Below are positions 1 through 10,142 of a stretch of 64,000 nt of DNA, piece after piece. Both the position numbers and the translations under genes were made by a program. The notes below the pieces were generated by a model. It made no database searches. It worked only from the letters and a program-made list of their open reading frames with translations, and had not been told where the DNA came from. How positions within the stretch are numbered: position 1 is the first letter of the stretch; every line of letters starts with the position of its first letter. Source of the DNA: Pseudomonadota bacterium (GTDB lineage: Bacteria > Pseudomonadota > Alphaproteobacteria > RF32 > CAG-239); the NCBI GenBank assembly GCA_918234285.1, contig CAKJXZ020000003.1:1-64000 (forward strand). Direction: 5' to 3'.

Positions 1-130
1 GCGTATATCTGCGCCGTTGCCGTGCTGGTCCGGCTTCCATATCTGTACGAATAATCGCTTCGTCCGGCCGTATGGAATAGCCTTCAACAGTCGGATAAGG
101 CAGACGTTTTGGAAAGGTTATTGTTGTCAT
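1..130 (-). CDS. Phage distal tail protein (gpM/Dit-like), truncated by window edge
   Basis: ATG at 130 overlaps the TMP stop. Reads MTTITFPKRLPYPTVEGYSIRPDEAIIRTDMEAGPARQRRRYT, an N-terminus typical of the gene after TMP. Confidence 0.7.
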   Translation of the reverse strand, partial: MTTITFPKRLPYPTVEGYSIRPDEAIIRTDMEAGPARQRRRYT

Positions 131-2772
131 CTGTAACTCCCATAAGCCGGATTAAGTCCGTAACGTTGCTCCAAAAGCGGCGATAAGCCTTCGCCTTTGG
201 AGATGTTTTTGCCGATTGCGCCCTCGATTTTTTCAATAACGACATCCAAGCTGAAATCGCCGTTGCCGAGATTAGTCTTGCTGACAGAGGTTTTGACTTC
301 CGAGGCGGCATTGTTCACGACGTTAACGTTGACATTTACTTCCGTTCCGCCGCCGTTTCCCAACGCTTTCATCTGTTCCTTGGTAAAAACACCTTCACCG
401 CGTTTAGCGATAATCGGCACTTCATCGCCGACAATGCCGCCTTTGTGGAACTTTGGTGCACCGGAGAACACCGCCGGACTGGCATAGGTTGTTTTCAAAT
501 TATCCGCCCCGACAATGCCGCCGGTATGCGCCGCACCAAAGCCCATATATGCGGAAAGGCTTGCCATAAGCGGTTGCGTGACAGCTTGCCGCATTGCCAG
601 CTTGGCAAAATCCTGAACAATCGAATTAACCAAGTCCGAAATGTTCATTTTGCCGGTTGTCACGAATGACACCAGCGCATCTTCCATGCTATGAAAAGCG
701 TTTCGCACCGTGCTTTCAGCCAATGTCGCAAAATCGTCAACTTCCTTTTTTAAGCCGATAAAGCCGCGCTTGAAGCCATCTTCCATTTTTTTTGAAGTGG
801 CAAGAGCTGTTTCATCGGCTTTTTTAACCATATTGTCGTAAACTTGCTCGATTTGCTTTTTATAGTCCTCATAACCGCTCGCACTTGAACGCAAGTTTTT
901 GAGTGCATTTTCTTTCCATTGGTCGGCTTTGGCCATCGCTTGTTCGTATGGCGTTTTAAGCTCCAACAGTTTGTTTTTAATGTCCTCAATATTGCGTTTA
1001 TAAGCATTATCCGCCGATTTATCCGCAGATTTCGGCACAATGCTCGATGTTGGTGTCGGCGTTACGGTTTTGGTTTCTTCCTTTGGCCGTAACTCCGGAT
1101 TTTGCAGATATTTCAGCTCTTGCTGTGCCTTATAAGCATCTTGCTCGGCGGCTTTCAAGAGCAACAGTTTATTTTGAATTTCCTTAGCTTGCGGCTGAAA
1201 ATCCGGATACTGCGCCGCCACCGCCCAAATTTCTTTCTCATATTGCTCTAAGCTGATTTTAGACTGCCGGAGCGTTTCCGCCCATTCTTTGGCATAAATC
1301 TCATAATCTTTAAGCAAAGACTTCGGAGAATATCTGATCCGGAACGATAAACCGCCGGTGTTTTTTATTTCGGCAGTCAAATCCTTAATGTTTTGCTTGG
1401 CGGTTTTGAGCTTCAAGCCCCATTCGGCAAGCGACATATCTTTTTGTTGTTCTGCCGAGAACTTCGCCGCTTCCTCTGTGGTGGCTTTGAGTTCATCTTG
1501 CAGTTTTTTAAGCGTTTCGGCGTGGTCGTGTGCCGCATGTTTAGCCACATCATGGCTATCTACGAGTTTGTATAACGCCATACACGCCAAAACAGCAAGT
1601 CCGGCGGGGCCGCCGATAAGTGCCAGCGCACCGCGTAAAACGCCGGCCGCCGTTGCCAAAACGCCCATTTGTACCGCCGCCAACTTTGACACGTTACTCA
1701 TCATAGCAATACCGGCAACAGCCGATTTTGCTTGCAATGACATAGAGGCAAACGAGGCTTGAACATAACCTATACCGGCTCGTAGCAAGGTTAAACCGCC
1801 AAGCAGAGCCTTTGAACCTAATCGCACGGTCAGCAATTCTATTGCCACATCGGCGTGATTGGCCAAGAAAAAGAATGCGTTTGCCGCCAAATTTACCGCC
1901 GTTGTCAGACCTTTGCCGATTGAAGTGGCGGCATCTTCCGCACCGTCAACCATATCATTAAACTGTTGCAAGGCGTTTTTTATTGCGGTTGTCAGTCCAG
2001 CTTCGCCAATGTTTCGGGCGAGCTTACCGAAAGCGTCCTCGATGTTTGACATTACACCACCCATCGTGTCCATTTGCTCTTTCATGGCTCCGGCAAATTG
2101 CACGTTGCCAAGAGAGCGCAAATAGGACTCAATCGCTTTAGCATTCTTGGCAACCGTGGTCGTTATACCCTGAAAAGTGAAGTTAACCTTGTCTTTTTCG
2201 GTGGTCGCCATAATACCGAATGAACGAAGCGAGCGGAAGTTGAACATTACGGCATTTGATAACGCTTCCGTAAAGTCCATAATACCGCGCCCGAAAGCCG
2301 ATGCGGTGTTGCCGTAACTCGTCAACGCTTCCATACTTGGCTCTAAGCCGAGAGCTTTAAGCCGAATAAAAGCCTCAACGATTTCTTCCAACTGATACGG
2401 CGTATCCAGCGCGAACTTTTCAATCGTGGCAAACGCTTCCTTTGCGCCTTCAGCCGAACCGGTCACGGTTTTTAATGAGCCGGATAGGCTTTCAAATTCC
2501 TTGTTTATACTGACAATGCCTTTGAAAGTCCGCATTAAACCGCTTGCACCGAGGTAAGCACCGACTAAACCGGCGGTTTGTTTCAATATACCGTTAAAGG
2601 TCTTGGCTGTGTCGCTTAAGGCAAGCAGATTGTCGTTTGCCGGAGTGATTACCTGCGTAATCTGCCGGAAAGCCTTTTGACCATCTGCACCGAGTGTCTT
2701 AAACTCTTGGCGCACCTTATCGCCGCCCACCGCTTCAAGTCTGATTGATAATTTTTTCGCTGTTGCTGTCAT
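127..2772 (-). CDS. Tail tape measure protein
   Basis: 881 aa, Ala-rich helical. Tape-measure domain (FALDTPYQLEEI), lambda-TMP-like C-terminal region (FHSMEDALVSFVTTGK..KFHKGG..GEGV). Lies after the chaperones. Confidence 0.93.
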   Translation of the reverse strand: MTATAKKLSIRLEAVGGDKVRQEFKTLGADGQKAFRQITQVITPANDNLLALSDTAKTFNGILKQTAGLVGAYLGASGLMRTFKGIVSINKEFESLSGSLKTVTGSAEGAKEAFATIEKFALDTPYQLEEIVEAFIRLKALGLEPSMEALTSYGNTASAFGRGIMDFTEALSNAVMFNFRSLRSFGIMATTEKDKVNFTFQGITTTVAKNAKAIESYLRSLGNVQFAGAMKEQMDTMGGVMSNIEDAFGKLARNIGEAGLTTAIKNALQQFNDMVDGAEDAATSIGKGLTTAVNLAANAFFFLANHADVAIELLTVRLGSKALLGGLTLLRAGIGYVQASFASMSLQAKSAVAGIAMMSNVSKLAAVQMGVLATAAGVLRGALALIGGPAGLAVLACMALYKLVDSHDVAKHAAHDHAETLKKLQDELKATTEEAAKFSAEQQKDMSLAEWGLKLKTAKQNIKDLTAEIKNTGGLSFRIRYSPKSLLKDYEIYAKEWAETLRQSKISLEQYEKEIWAVAAQYPDFQPQAKEIQNKLLLLKAAEQDAYKAQQELKYLQNPELRPKEETKTVTPTPTSSIVPKSADKSADNAYKRNIEDIKNKLLELKTPYEQAMAKADQWKENALKNLRSSASGYEDYKKQIEQVYDNMVKKADETALATSKKMEDGFKRGFIGLKKEVDDFATLAESTVRNAFHSMEDALVSFVTTGKMNISDLVNSIVQDFAKLAMRQAVTQPLMASLSAYMGFGAAHTGGIVGADNLKTTYASPAVFSGAPKFHKGGIVGDEVPIIAKRGEGVFTKEQMKALGNGGGTEVNVNVNVVNNAASEVKTSVSKTNLGNGDFSLDVVIEKIEGAIGKNISKGEGLSPLLEQRYGLNPAYGSYR

Positions 2773-3052
2773 TTAATCCCTGTTTCATAGCAAAAACGCA
2801 AACAGACAACAATTCCGTCAGCGTTTCTTTATCAAAATTCAATGTTTCCGCGATTTTTAAGGCTGTTTCGAGATTCGGCTCGGAGAGTTTTAATAAAACT
2901 TCCCACGCTTGATAACCCTCGGTTGTTTGCGGTGTTGTTTCGGTATAGCGACATTTGTGGAAAGGACAAAGCGGGTTTAGCTCTGTGCATCCGGAGCAGT
3001 AACTTCGCCCGTCACCGAAGTGCCACTTGGCTCGGGCGTAAAGTCGTTTTTT
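2735..3052 (-). CDS. Tail assembly chaperone frameshift extension (gpT-like)
   Basis: -1 frame relative to 2977-3462, entered at the slippery A-AAA-AAC (3046-3052). Reads KKRLYARAKWHFG... Confidence 0.75.
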   Translation of the reverse strand, partial: KKRLYARAKWHFGDGRSYCSGCTELNPLCPFHKCRYTETTPQTTEGYQAWEVLLKLSEPNLETALKIAETLNFDKETLTELLSVCVFAMKQGLNDSNSEKIINQT

Positions 3053-3462
3053 TCCGCATCCAACAACTCCCGCAAGCCGCAATATTGATTGCGAAAGTTC
3101 TCCGCCACTACCCAGAAATTAGAGAACAGCTCATCAATTTTGGCTTCCGTCAACGGTGCGGCTTTCTCGCTGTCTGCTTCCTGAATGCCTTGCCATTCCA
3201 AAATACCGGCGATACCTAAGCCGATAAGCAGGAATTTATCCGCCAATGCCTCACGCTTTACCGGATTTTCAATATCTTCATCCACCGCTAAACCGGCATC
3301 TTTATTGGCTTTGTATTCCTTAGCCAAATCTGCCAGTTTTGCATTCATATAGGCTTTGGCCTCGTAAAATACCGCCGATGTGCAAGGCTTAACCTTTACC
3401 TTTACGCCGTAGCCAAGCTCCAACCAATACGGTTCTTTGTTGATTTTCAGCTTTAACATCAA
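2977..3462 (-). CDS. Tail assembly chaperone (gpG-like)
   Basis: Between tail tube and TMP. Contains the EKN slippery codons near its C-terminus. Confidence 0.78.
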   Translation of the reverse strand: MMLKLKINKEPYWLELGYGVKVKVKPCTSAVFYEAKAYMNAKLADLAKEYKANKDAGLAVDEDIENPVKREALADKFLLIGLGIAGILEWQGIQEADSEKAAPLTEAKIDELFSNFWVVAENFRNQYCGLRELLDAEKNDFTPEPSGTSVTGEVTAPDAQS

Positions 3463-4400
3463 TAACTCTCCACGTCATTTACAAGCGTTACAGTCATCAT
3501 TCTGCCGATTTCATCATTTTTTGAACCTTGAAAATCGTAACTGCATTCAATTCCATTCGGGCCGTCGATTGAACGTTTCGGCTTTGGTAAATAGACTTCA
3601 TGGCAAACAATAACCAATTTTTGACTTTCCGAAAGTTTATAGCCGAGTTCTATATCAACCGGCGTACCGGCACGCGCTTTATCAAGCAAAACATTATCAC
3701 CATATCGAGCGGAAATGCTTCCGGACAAGCTCGCTACGCCTAAATCAATCGCCTCAACCAAGCCATCATTGCGGATTGTTTCGATTTTTTCGAGATTGTT
3801 GGAATAAGTCGCACTTGCCGCCGTAATGTTTGCCAAGAATTCGCCACCGCTTTTAATATATCCCTGAAATTGTGATACACGCGTATATGTGAATACTTCC
3901 GGCTCGCTTTCAATCGTTTCCGTGTTTCCGCTTTCACATTGTGCCATTAAATTGAGCGTAACTTGTGCTTCGCCGGAACGTTGAAAATTAAAGGCGATAC
4001 TATTTGCACGAACACCTAAAAAATGAATAAACTGCGGCACTTCGGATAATCCGACTTCCAAAGAATAACTCGGAATTGAGATTTTGCCGCTTTCAAAAAC
4101 GTGATTATAAACTACGTCATTTTTTGTCGTAGTAGGCGTACCGAAAATCGCTTTCAACCATACGCCGATATTTCGAATATCAACCGGAACCGCCATATCG
4201 CCATCAACGTTAATCACATCTTGAAATGGTTGTGTCGGGTCGCGGCCAAGTCCAAGCACATTTGAAGATACGAGATTTTGCTCGCTGTCTAAAGATGAGG
4301 ATATAAAAGGTATTTGCCTATATCCGCTTTGCGGCATAACGCCATATTCTGTTTCTTCCGCTAATAATAGTTTAGCGTTCCAACCATAAGCTCTGCTCAT
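3459..4400 (-). CDS. Phage tail tube protein
   Basis: 313 aa, MSRAYG..E.EYG start, GRDP motif, beta-rich, position in tail operon. Confidence 0.85.
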   Translation of the reverse strand: MSRAYGWNAKLLLAEETEYGVMPQSGYRQIPFISSSLDSEQNLVSSNVLGLGRDPTQPFQDVINVDGDMAVPVDIRNIGVWLKAIFGTPTTTKNDVVYNHVFESGKISIPSYSLEVGLSEVPQFIHFLGVRANSIAFNFQRSGEAQVTLNLMAQCESGNTETIESEPEVFTYTRVSQFQGYIKSGGEFLANITAASATYSNNLEKIETIRNDGLVEAIDLGVASLSGSISARYGDNVLLDKARAGTPVDIELGYKLSESQKLVIVCHEVYLPKPKRSIDGPNGIECSYDFQGSKNDEIGRMMTVTLVNDVESY

Positions 4401-4412
4401 TGTTAAAATTCC

Positions 4413-4838
4413 TTATAAAAGAGGGTTATTCGTTATAAATTCCATGATGACCGGCAATCTGCCAATTCTTATCGGCGGCGCACCGTCAATGTCTTCGTCC
4501 GAATATTCGGGCATTTCAAAATGCAAATAATCCACCGCGCCATCAAGCGTATAATCGTATTCAAAACATTTTGCGATTTTGCCGACAATTTCCTTAGTTA
4601 GCGCACATCGTTCGTCATCATTGCTGTTTTGCACTAAAACTTCTAATTCCGGTCTAAGCTCCACAATATACGAAACTGGCGAAAGTATCGTTTGAATTAT
4701 GGTGTTTTTACCATCGCCAAGCATAATTAAGCCGGTATCGGGTATTGTTTGCGGTGTTGCCGCGTTTTTGAGTATTAAAATATCTGGTATTGTTTGCAAT
4801 TTCTGATAAAAAATGCTGATAACATCCTGCGTATTCAA
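4413..4838 (-). CDS. Tail terminator/completion protein (gpU-like)
   Basis: Position before tail tube; D.TL.G.V motif; TTG start. Confidence 0.6.
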   Translation of the reverse strand: MNTQDVISIFYQKLQTIPDILILKNAATPQTIPDTGLIMLGDGKNTIIQTILSPVSYIVELRPELEVLVQNSNDDERCALTKEIVGKIAKCFEYDYTLDGAVDYLHFEMPEYSDEDIDGAPPIRIGRLPVIMEFITNNPLL

Positions 4839-4851
4839 TTTTCAACTTCCT

Positions 4852-5421
4852 TTAATCTTTCCAATTTGCCAGTATAAACGAGGGCAAAAGGCTTTCCATT
4901 TTTTGACTTTCCGTAGTAAAGTTTATTAACTTTGGCATTTTGGCCTGTTTAACCAACCAAAAGGCAATAATTGTCTTGCGTTTTTGCTCGTGAACCAACA
5001 AAGAAGTGCCGTTATCACGATAAACAAAGCGCAAACGCACACCTTTTCGCCTTTCGTATAGCTCCGGTGTGATTTTTTTATTGCCTATACGTTTCGGGAT
5101 TGCCGGTGTCGGTATTGCCAACCAAAAGCCGTCTTTTCCGCGAATAACTAAGGCATACTCAAAACTTTCCATAATTTTTTCTGCCTTTGAATAAACAACT
5201 CCGGCAGTTTTAAGACTGCTGGAAGATTTCGGAAAGACATCGCCTCGCCAAGTGTAAGCTAATCTTGACCCGAGTTTTGCGGCTTTAACCTGCGAACGCA
5301 TGGTTTCTTTTAATTGCGTAGTCGCAGATGAAATACCGCGCGTAACGGCTGTTTCCGCTTTTTTAAGCTCTTTATCAAGATATTCTTCAAGATTGCCCTC
5401 TAATGCAGCTTTCATTCGCAT
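4852..5421 (-). CDS. Phage minor tail/neck protein (gpZ-like, DUF6441-like)
   Basis: Basic 189 aa with WLAIPT motif; head-tail joining region. Confidence 0.65.
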   Translation of the reverse strand: MRMKAALEGNLEEYLDKELKKAETAVTRGISSATTQLKETMRSQVKAAKLGSRLAYTWRGDVFPKSSSSLKTAGVVYSKAEKIMESFEYALVIRGKDGFWLAIPTPAIPKRIGNKKITPELYERRKGVRLRFVYRDNGTSLLVHEQKRKTIIAFWLVKQAKMPKLINFTTESQKMESLLPSFILANWKD

Positions 5422-5708
5422 ACGACTTCAAAACTCCATATTAAATTATTCGTGTCTTTTTGCGGCTCTTGACTGACTTTATAAATGACATCGTTGTAGG
5501 TTATGGTATCGCCAACTTTTAACTGAGGCGCGTCGGCAATGCGTATTTTCATGGTATTTGTTGCCGTGTGGGATTTTGTGAATCCCACACTAACAACAAT
5601 ATCCGGACACAAGAGAAAAATCAAAACTTCACGATTTTGATATTCTGCCGGTTCGCCAAGTTTCTCAAACTGGCTGTCCACCGCTTTCTTGAACTGTTGA
5701 ACCGTCAT
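5412..5708 (-). CDS. Head-tail joining protein (gpFII-like)
   Basis: 98 aa with P..GD.I motif, after the capsid. Confidence 0.65.
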   Translation of the reverse strand: MTVQQFKKAVDSQFEKLGEPAEYQNREVLIFLLCPDIVVSVGFTKSHTATNTMKIRIADAPQLKVGDTITYNDVIYKVSQEPQKDTNNLIWSFEVVCE

Positions 5709-5928
5709 TTTCGTTGTCCTGCGTTATATCGTCATCATCATTTTTTGATGGTTCCGATGTTTTGCCGTCTTCCTTTTTAGCTTCCGGAGCGGCATTTTTC
5801 TTAAAAGCAGAGGCAAAACCTCGACTAATCAAGGATTTTGCCTCTTTATCGTTTTGAATATCTACGGTTGAATTTGGCAGATATTCTTTATTGCCGACAA
5901 CGAGTGTTACTAAAGCTATGATTTTCAT
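5665..5928 (-). CDS. Small phage protein downstream of capsid (gpFI position)
   Basis: RBS GGAG upstream; EAKSLISRGFA motif with acidic tail. Confidence 0.55.
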   Translation of the reverse strand: MKIIALVTLVVGNKEYLPNSTVDIQNDKEAKSLISRGFASAFKKNAAPEAKKEDGKTSEPSKNDDDDITQDNENDGSTVQESGGQPV

Positions 5929-5939
5929 ATATCATACTC

Positions 5940-6962
5940 CTATCTTACGGTTACACACATTGTTGCGTTAGGACGATACGGCACAATCAGCGGAGCAGAT
6001 TGCATCAATATCCAACGAATAGCAGGGTCATTTTCCAGCCACGACTTTGTAAAGTAGCGATTTGATTGGAAATTTGCCTGTTCATCTTTGATTGCGCCAT
6101 AGCAACGAACGCCCTCTGTTCCGCTTCGACTTCCGAGAAGTACCGTGTTATCCGGCAAAATCTTCTTTTCTACGTTGTTCTCAACGTATATGTCGTTATA
6201 TACCCATACTTCAAAATCGCCGATATTGCCGACATATCTGGCTTTATCGTTGCCGAGTATAATAGGGTCAATATTGAGCGTATTATTTGTGCCACGGCGA
6301 TAATCAAGGTATTTTTGAACATACGAATTTGCGCGAAACAGCTTCCATGCCAACGGGTCTAAAATAACCGAGTTAGCAACAACACCGGATTTTGTTTGCA
6401 CGTTTCCAGCCCAGTCTTCAAGATTATCCAGAATATTAACTCCGTCATTATCCCAAGTGTTATTACCGGTTAAAACCTTTGTAAACGACGGGTCGCGGCC
6501 AAAATCAACCGTAACAGCCGGATAACCGTCGCCTTCCACCGTAATTCTACCGGTACGCAAAACTTCGGCAGCCATAACTTCTTCGCGCCGCGTTAAACAG
6601 TCTAATTGATTGGCAAGAGTGGTCGCCACCGCTTTTTCTAAGCGTTGAGCCGCGGTTAATTCGCCACCGATACGCTCACCGGCAACACGTTTGAAAGGCA
6701 TATCCGGCGTAAACCGTCTTTTATCCTTAACATAAGCAGGCTTAAACGATTTCGTACTATAACCCTCGTGTTCAATGACTTTTCCCGGCATTAAAGGCGA
6801 AACAAACGGCGAAATACGCGGCTTGCTTTCCTGAATGTCAAAATATATTTCTTCCGTGTCCGAGCGTTGCTCTTGTGAGAAGAACATATCAAGTAAAAAA
6901 GATGGCGGAGTTTGAAGATTCTCCACCACTTTAGCTAATAAATGAGTTGAAAAAATATCCAT
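5940..6962 (-). CDS. Major capsid protein (lambda gpE family)
   Basis: Start corrected to MDIFSTH at 6962. FKPAYVKDK, RREEVMAA and QSAPL motifs. Confidence 0.93.
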   Translation of the reverse strand: MDIFSTHLLAKVVENLQTPPSFLLDMFFSQEQRSDTEEIYFDIQESKPRISPFVSPLMPGKVIEHEGYSTKSFKPAYVKDKRRFTPDMPFKRVAGERIGGELTAAQRLEKAVATTLANQLDCLTRREEVMAAEVLRTGRITVEGDGYPAVTVDFGRDPSFTKVLTGNNTWDNDGVNILDNLEDWAGNVQTKSGVVANSVILDPLAWKLFRANSYVQKYLDYRRGTNNTLNIDPIILGNDKARYVGNIGDFEVWVYNDIYVENNVEKKILPDNTVLLGSRSGTEGVRCYGAIKDEQANFQSNRYFTKSWLENDPAIRWILMQSAPLIVPYRPNATMCVTVR

Positions 6963-6972
6963 TTTTACTTTC

Positions 6973-7311
6973 CTATGATTGAGTGTTACGAACAAAAATG
7001 CTCTTGGAGCGGAGCTTATCAACAAAGGTGTCAATATCCGCTCCGGCGATTAACGCGGCTTTATTAAATTCGCCGGTAAGGTAAACTACCGCTTGTTTAT
7101 CACCGCTGGAAGCATCAACGCTTTCGGCAAGAATAGCTTCCGGTTCGCCGTTGGCCGCGCATTGTGTGTATTTTCCGCTTGATTTGCTTAATACTGTGCC
7201 GCGCGTATAATTGCCGCCGGTAATTGTTACCAAAAATGCGACTCGCGGATAATCGCCGGCAATCAGTTTATCAGGCGTTAAAGTGCCTTCATCCTTAAAT
7301 TCTGCATACAT
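6973..7311 (-). CDS. Head decoration protein (gpD-like)
   Basis: Start corrected to MYAEF at 7311 (GGAG RBS). PDKLIAGD, RGTVL and YLTGEFN motifs. Confidence 0.85.
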   Translation of the reverse strand: MYAEFKDEGTLTPDKLIAGDYPRVAFLVTITGGNYTRGTVLSKSSGKYTQCAANGEPEAILAESVDASSGDKQAVVYLTGEFNKAALIAGADIDTFVDKLRSKSIFVRNTQS

Positions 7312-7312
7312 T

Positions 7313-8425
7313 TTAATCTCCTGAAGAATGGTTAACCAAAGATGCAATATGCTTTGCCATCGCATCCATATTTTCTGATTTATCCGTGTCCGCGGCAACA
7401 ATCTGCGGTTTCGGAATTTGCGCCATAACTTGTTCAAACGGCGTTACGGCTTGAGGTTTATTTTGCGGTATATCTTTGAGAATATCCAAAATCTGATTTG
7501 CCGATAAATCAGTTGTCGCAAGCATTTTACTTGCAATTTGTTCACGTCCGCGAACAATATCGCTATCTAAGACAGCTTGCATTCGCTGACGTTCAATTTG
7601 TTTGACGTCAATTTCATCCATTATATTATCCTTTTCTTGGTTAAGGTCTGTTAAGATTTTCTCGAATGAGCCTTGACGATCTGCCAGACCTTTCAAAACC
7701 GCCAAGTTGCCAACAAAGACATCGCCTTGCCCGAAATTCTTCATTACGACTTCGGCTGAAACATCTCTGTATGTTGCTATTTTGTTGATAAAAACTCCTG
7801 CCAGCGTATCAAGTTGCGCTTGAATACGATTTAATCCCTCGGAAGTTGACGGACTAATCCGCTTAAACGGACTTTGAGAAGATACAATTTCTATTTTATT
7901 TTCGTCATCTTCCTTTTCAAAAACAGCGACAACGCCGATTGAGCCGACAATAGCCGTATCGGTAACAATGATTTCATCGCAAGCAGAGGCAATCCAATAC
8001 GCACCGCTACAACAATTCCCAGAGGCATACGCCACAATCGGCTTTTTGCCGCGAGAATTATAAATCATATCGGCTAACTCTGAACAGCCGTTTACCTCGC
8101 CACCCGGACTGTCTATGTCAAAAAGAATGGCTTTTATGCTGTCATCTGCAAGTGCCGTATTAAAATCACGAGCCAAAAACTCATAAGAAGTCGCTCCGCT
8201 AATTGCCGTAAATAGGTTAGCATAGCGAAATAAGGGGCCGTGAATCGGTATGACGGCAACATTATCACGCACCGATACCGCATAAGTATTTTGCAATTTG
8301 CGCCCCAGTTGAGCTGCGATGACTTCTGGAGAGGAGTTTTGTCTTCGCGCGATATTTATTATATTTTGCAACGTATCGCTTGTCGTAGCCCACGGCTCGT
8401 TGGTTATTTTATTCCATATTTTCAT
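7313..8425 (-). CDS. Prohead protease, S49 family (gpC-like, with scaffold C-terminus)
   Basis: DIDSPGG, CCSGAYWIASA and VGSIGV motifs. Confidence 0.92.
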   Translation of the reverse strand: MKIWNKITNEPWATTSDTLQNIINIARRQNSSPEVIAAQLGRKLQNTYAVSVRDNVAVIPIHGPLFRYANLFTAISGATSYEFLARDFNTALADDSIKAILFDIDSPGGEVNGCSELADMIYNSRGKKPIVAYASGNCCSGAYWIASACDEIIVTDTAIVGSIGVVAVFEKEDDENKIEIVSSQSPFKRISPSTSEGLNRIQAQLDTLAGVFINKIATYRDVSAEVVMKNFGQGDVFVGNLAVLKGLADRQGSFEKILTDLNQEKDNIMDEIDVKQIERQRMQAVLDSDIVRGREQIASKMLATTDLSANQILDILKDIPQNKPQAVTPFEQVMAQIPKPQIVAADTDKSENMDAMAKHIASLVNHSSGD

Positions 8426-9890
8426 TTATATTTTCCTCTTGTTTGATAAGTTCAATGTTTCCTTTTTCCGAAGTTTTTATGCCGAGTTCCTGCATACGCT
8501 TTAATTCGCGTACGCGTTGCATTAAAACTTCTTCCCAATCTAAACCCTGTGAAGCGCATTCGTCCTCTAAGGTTGATAATCCGTTTTCCATACGAATTTG
8601 CGAGGCTTGCGCCTCTTTCACAGGGTCAACCCATCCACGCCCCGGGCCAATCCATTTACACCGGCACCAAGCGGACTTTTTCTCGTAAAAATCAGGTGCT
8701 TCAATCAAGCCCTTATTAACGCATTCTTCAAGCCACAACTCAAAAACCGGTTTCGCCCAGTAGTTAATTATCCAACTGCGCCGACCGTTAAAAAAACGCC
8801 ACGCTTCAATCAGCGCGGCTCTTGCAGAAGAATAATTCGTTTTAGAAAAGTCTTTCATCAATAGTTCAAGCGGTATGTTTAGGCCTGTTCCTATATGTCG
8901 CAAGACATTTTCAACAAACGCGGCATAACTGGAGTTCGGGCGGCTTGGCGTAAATGGCGAGACTTTATCGCCCGGAAACACCGGAATAATCGAGCCGCCC
9001 TCTAACTTTACGCTCCAATCTTTTCGCTTTTCCAAGTAGTCATCAACGGAATCTCCGAACATCTCGGCAATAGATTCACTATCCATAGGCGTTTCAACAA
9101 ACGCGGCTATCATAGCATTGACTACCGAGGCCTTTAATTCCGAACGCTCATAATGGTCTAACATCTTAAACAACGGCATAATTGAGGAAAACAGCGGCTT
9201 CCCGCGATTTTGCCCGATACGCTCCGGATGATGAACGTGCAAGATTAACTTTCGCCCGAAATCCGTCTGCGCGGCGATTTTCTGCCAAGTGTTTGCGCCG
9301 CGGTTAAAGTAATAATCATTCGGGTAGTATTTGCTTATCCAGTAACCTATGGCCTCGCCGTATTGATTGATTTCTATGCCATCGCGTAAAAATTCGGTGT
9401 TTTGCTGAAAATCCGGATTTGATAATCTATCCGGCTCAATAAGCTGTAAGCACGTTGAAAACTGCGTTTCGGGATTATCTCGCCATAAAACGAGAGCCAA
9501 AGCTTCGCCGTTTTCTATAACTGAGCGAAAAATTAAAGCGGTTTGTGAATTAAAATTAAGTTTTCGCGCCGCATCACAAAATTGACTTTCAGACCATACG
9601 CGCCATAAACTTTCGACTTTTCGCGCCCAATCTTCTAAATAATCTATATCCAATCCCAAAATTCTATGGTCTGGAATAGAAACGAGCTTTAATCCGTTAC
9701 CGACAACATTGTCAACCAATGTCTGAATTGCTCCGCTGGCGATACCGTTATTACGGATTAAATCGCGAGAACGTGCGACAAGCGTTGACAATTCGCCGTT
9801 TAATTCCGCATCTGCAGAATGCCGTATAGGTCGCCAACTCAACATCTCTTTTGCCGAAAGTGATGCTCCTTTGTAATTTGTATCATCCAT
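8409..9890 (-). CDS. Portal protein, lambda family
   Basis: ARSRDL.RNN, NYSSARA and WVDPVKE motifs. Confidence 0.95.
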   Translation of the reverse strand: MDDTNYKGASLSAKEMLSWRPIRHSADAELNGELSTLVARSRDLIRNNGIASGAIQTLVDNVVGNGLKLVSIPDHRILGLDIDYLEDWARKVESLWRVWSESQFCDAARKLNFNSQTALIFRSVIENGEALALVLWRDNPETQFSTCLQLIEPDRLSNPDFQQNTEFLRDGIEINQYGEAIGYWISKYYPNDYYFNRGANTWQKIAAQTDFGRKLILHVHHPERIGQNRGKPLFSSIMPLFKMLDHYERSELKASVVNAMIAAFVETPMDSESIAEMFGDSVDDYLEKRKDWSVKLEGGSIIPVFPGDKVSPFTPSRPNSSYAAFVENVLRHIGTGLNIPLELLMKDFSKTNYSSARAALIEAWRFFNGRRSWIINYWAKPVFELWLEECVNKGLIEAPDFYEKKSAWCRCKWIGPGRGWVDPVKEAQASQIRMENGLSTLEDECASQGLDWEEVLMQRVRELKRMQELGIKTSEKGNIELIKQEENINENME

Positions 9891-9905
9891 TGAATAACAA
9901 TCCTA

Positions 9906-10133
9906 TTAAAAGCTAACTTTAATTACTTTGCGCCGCTTAGTTCCTGTTTCCTTGCTTATTTCACTTTCAAGATAAGCGATGTATTCCTTTAATTTTGCGC
10001 TGTCGGCTTGCGCGTATGACGTAGAGCCAACGCCCTCGACATTTACGCTGACAGTTCGCGCACCAATCATCAACTCATGGTATGCAGTCTGCGCTTCCGT
10101 TAATTGTTGTCTTAAAATTTCAATTCTTGTCAT
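9906..10133 (-). CDS. Head-tail adaptor gpW
   Basis: 75 aa, AYHELMIG..L..YI..LE; between TerL and portal. Confidence 0.85.
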   Translation of the reverse strand: MTRIEILRQQLTEAQTAYHELMIGARTVSVNVEGVGSTSYAQADSAKLKEYIAYLESEISKETGTKRRKVIKVSF

Positions 10134-10142
10134 GACAAATCC

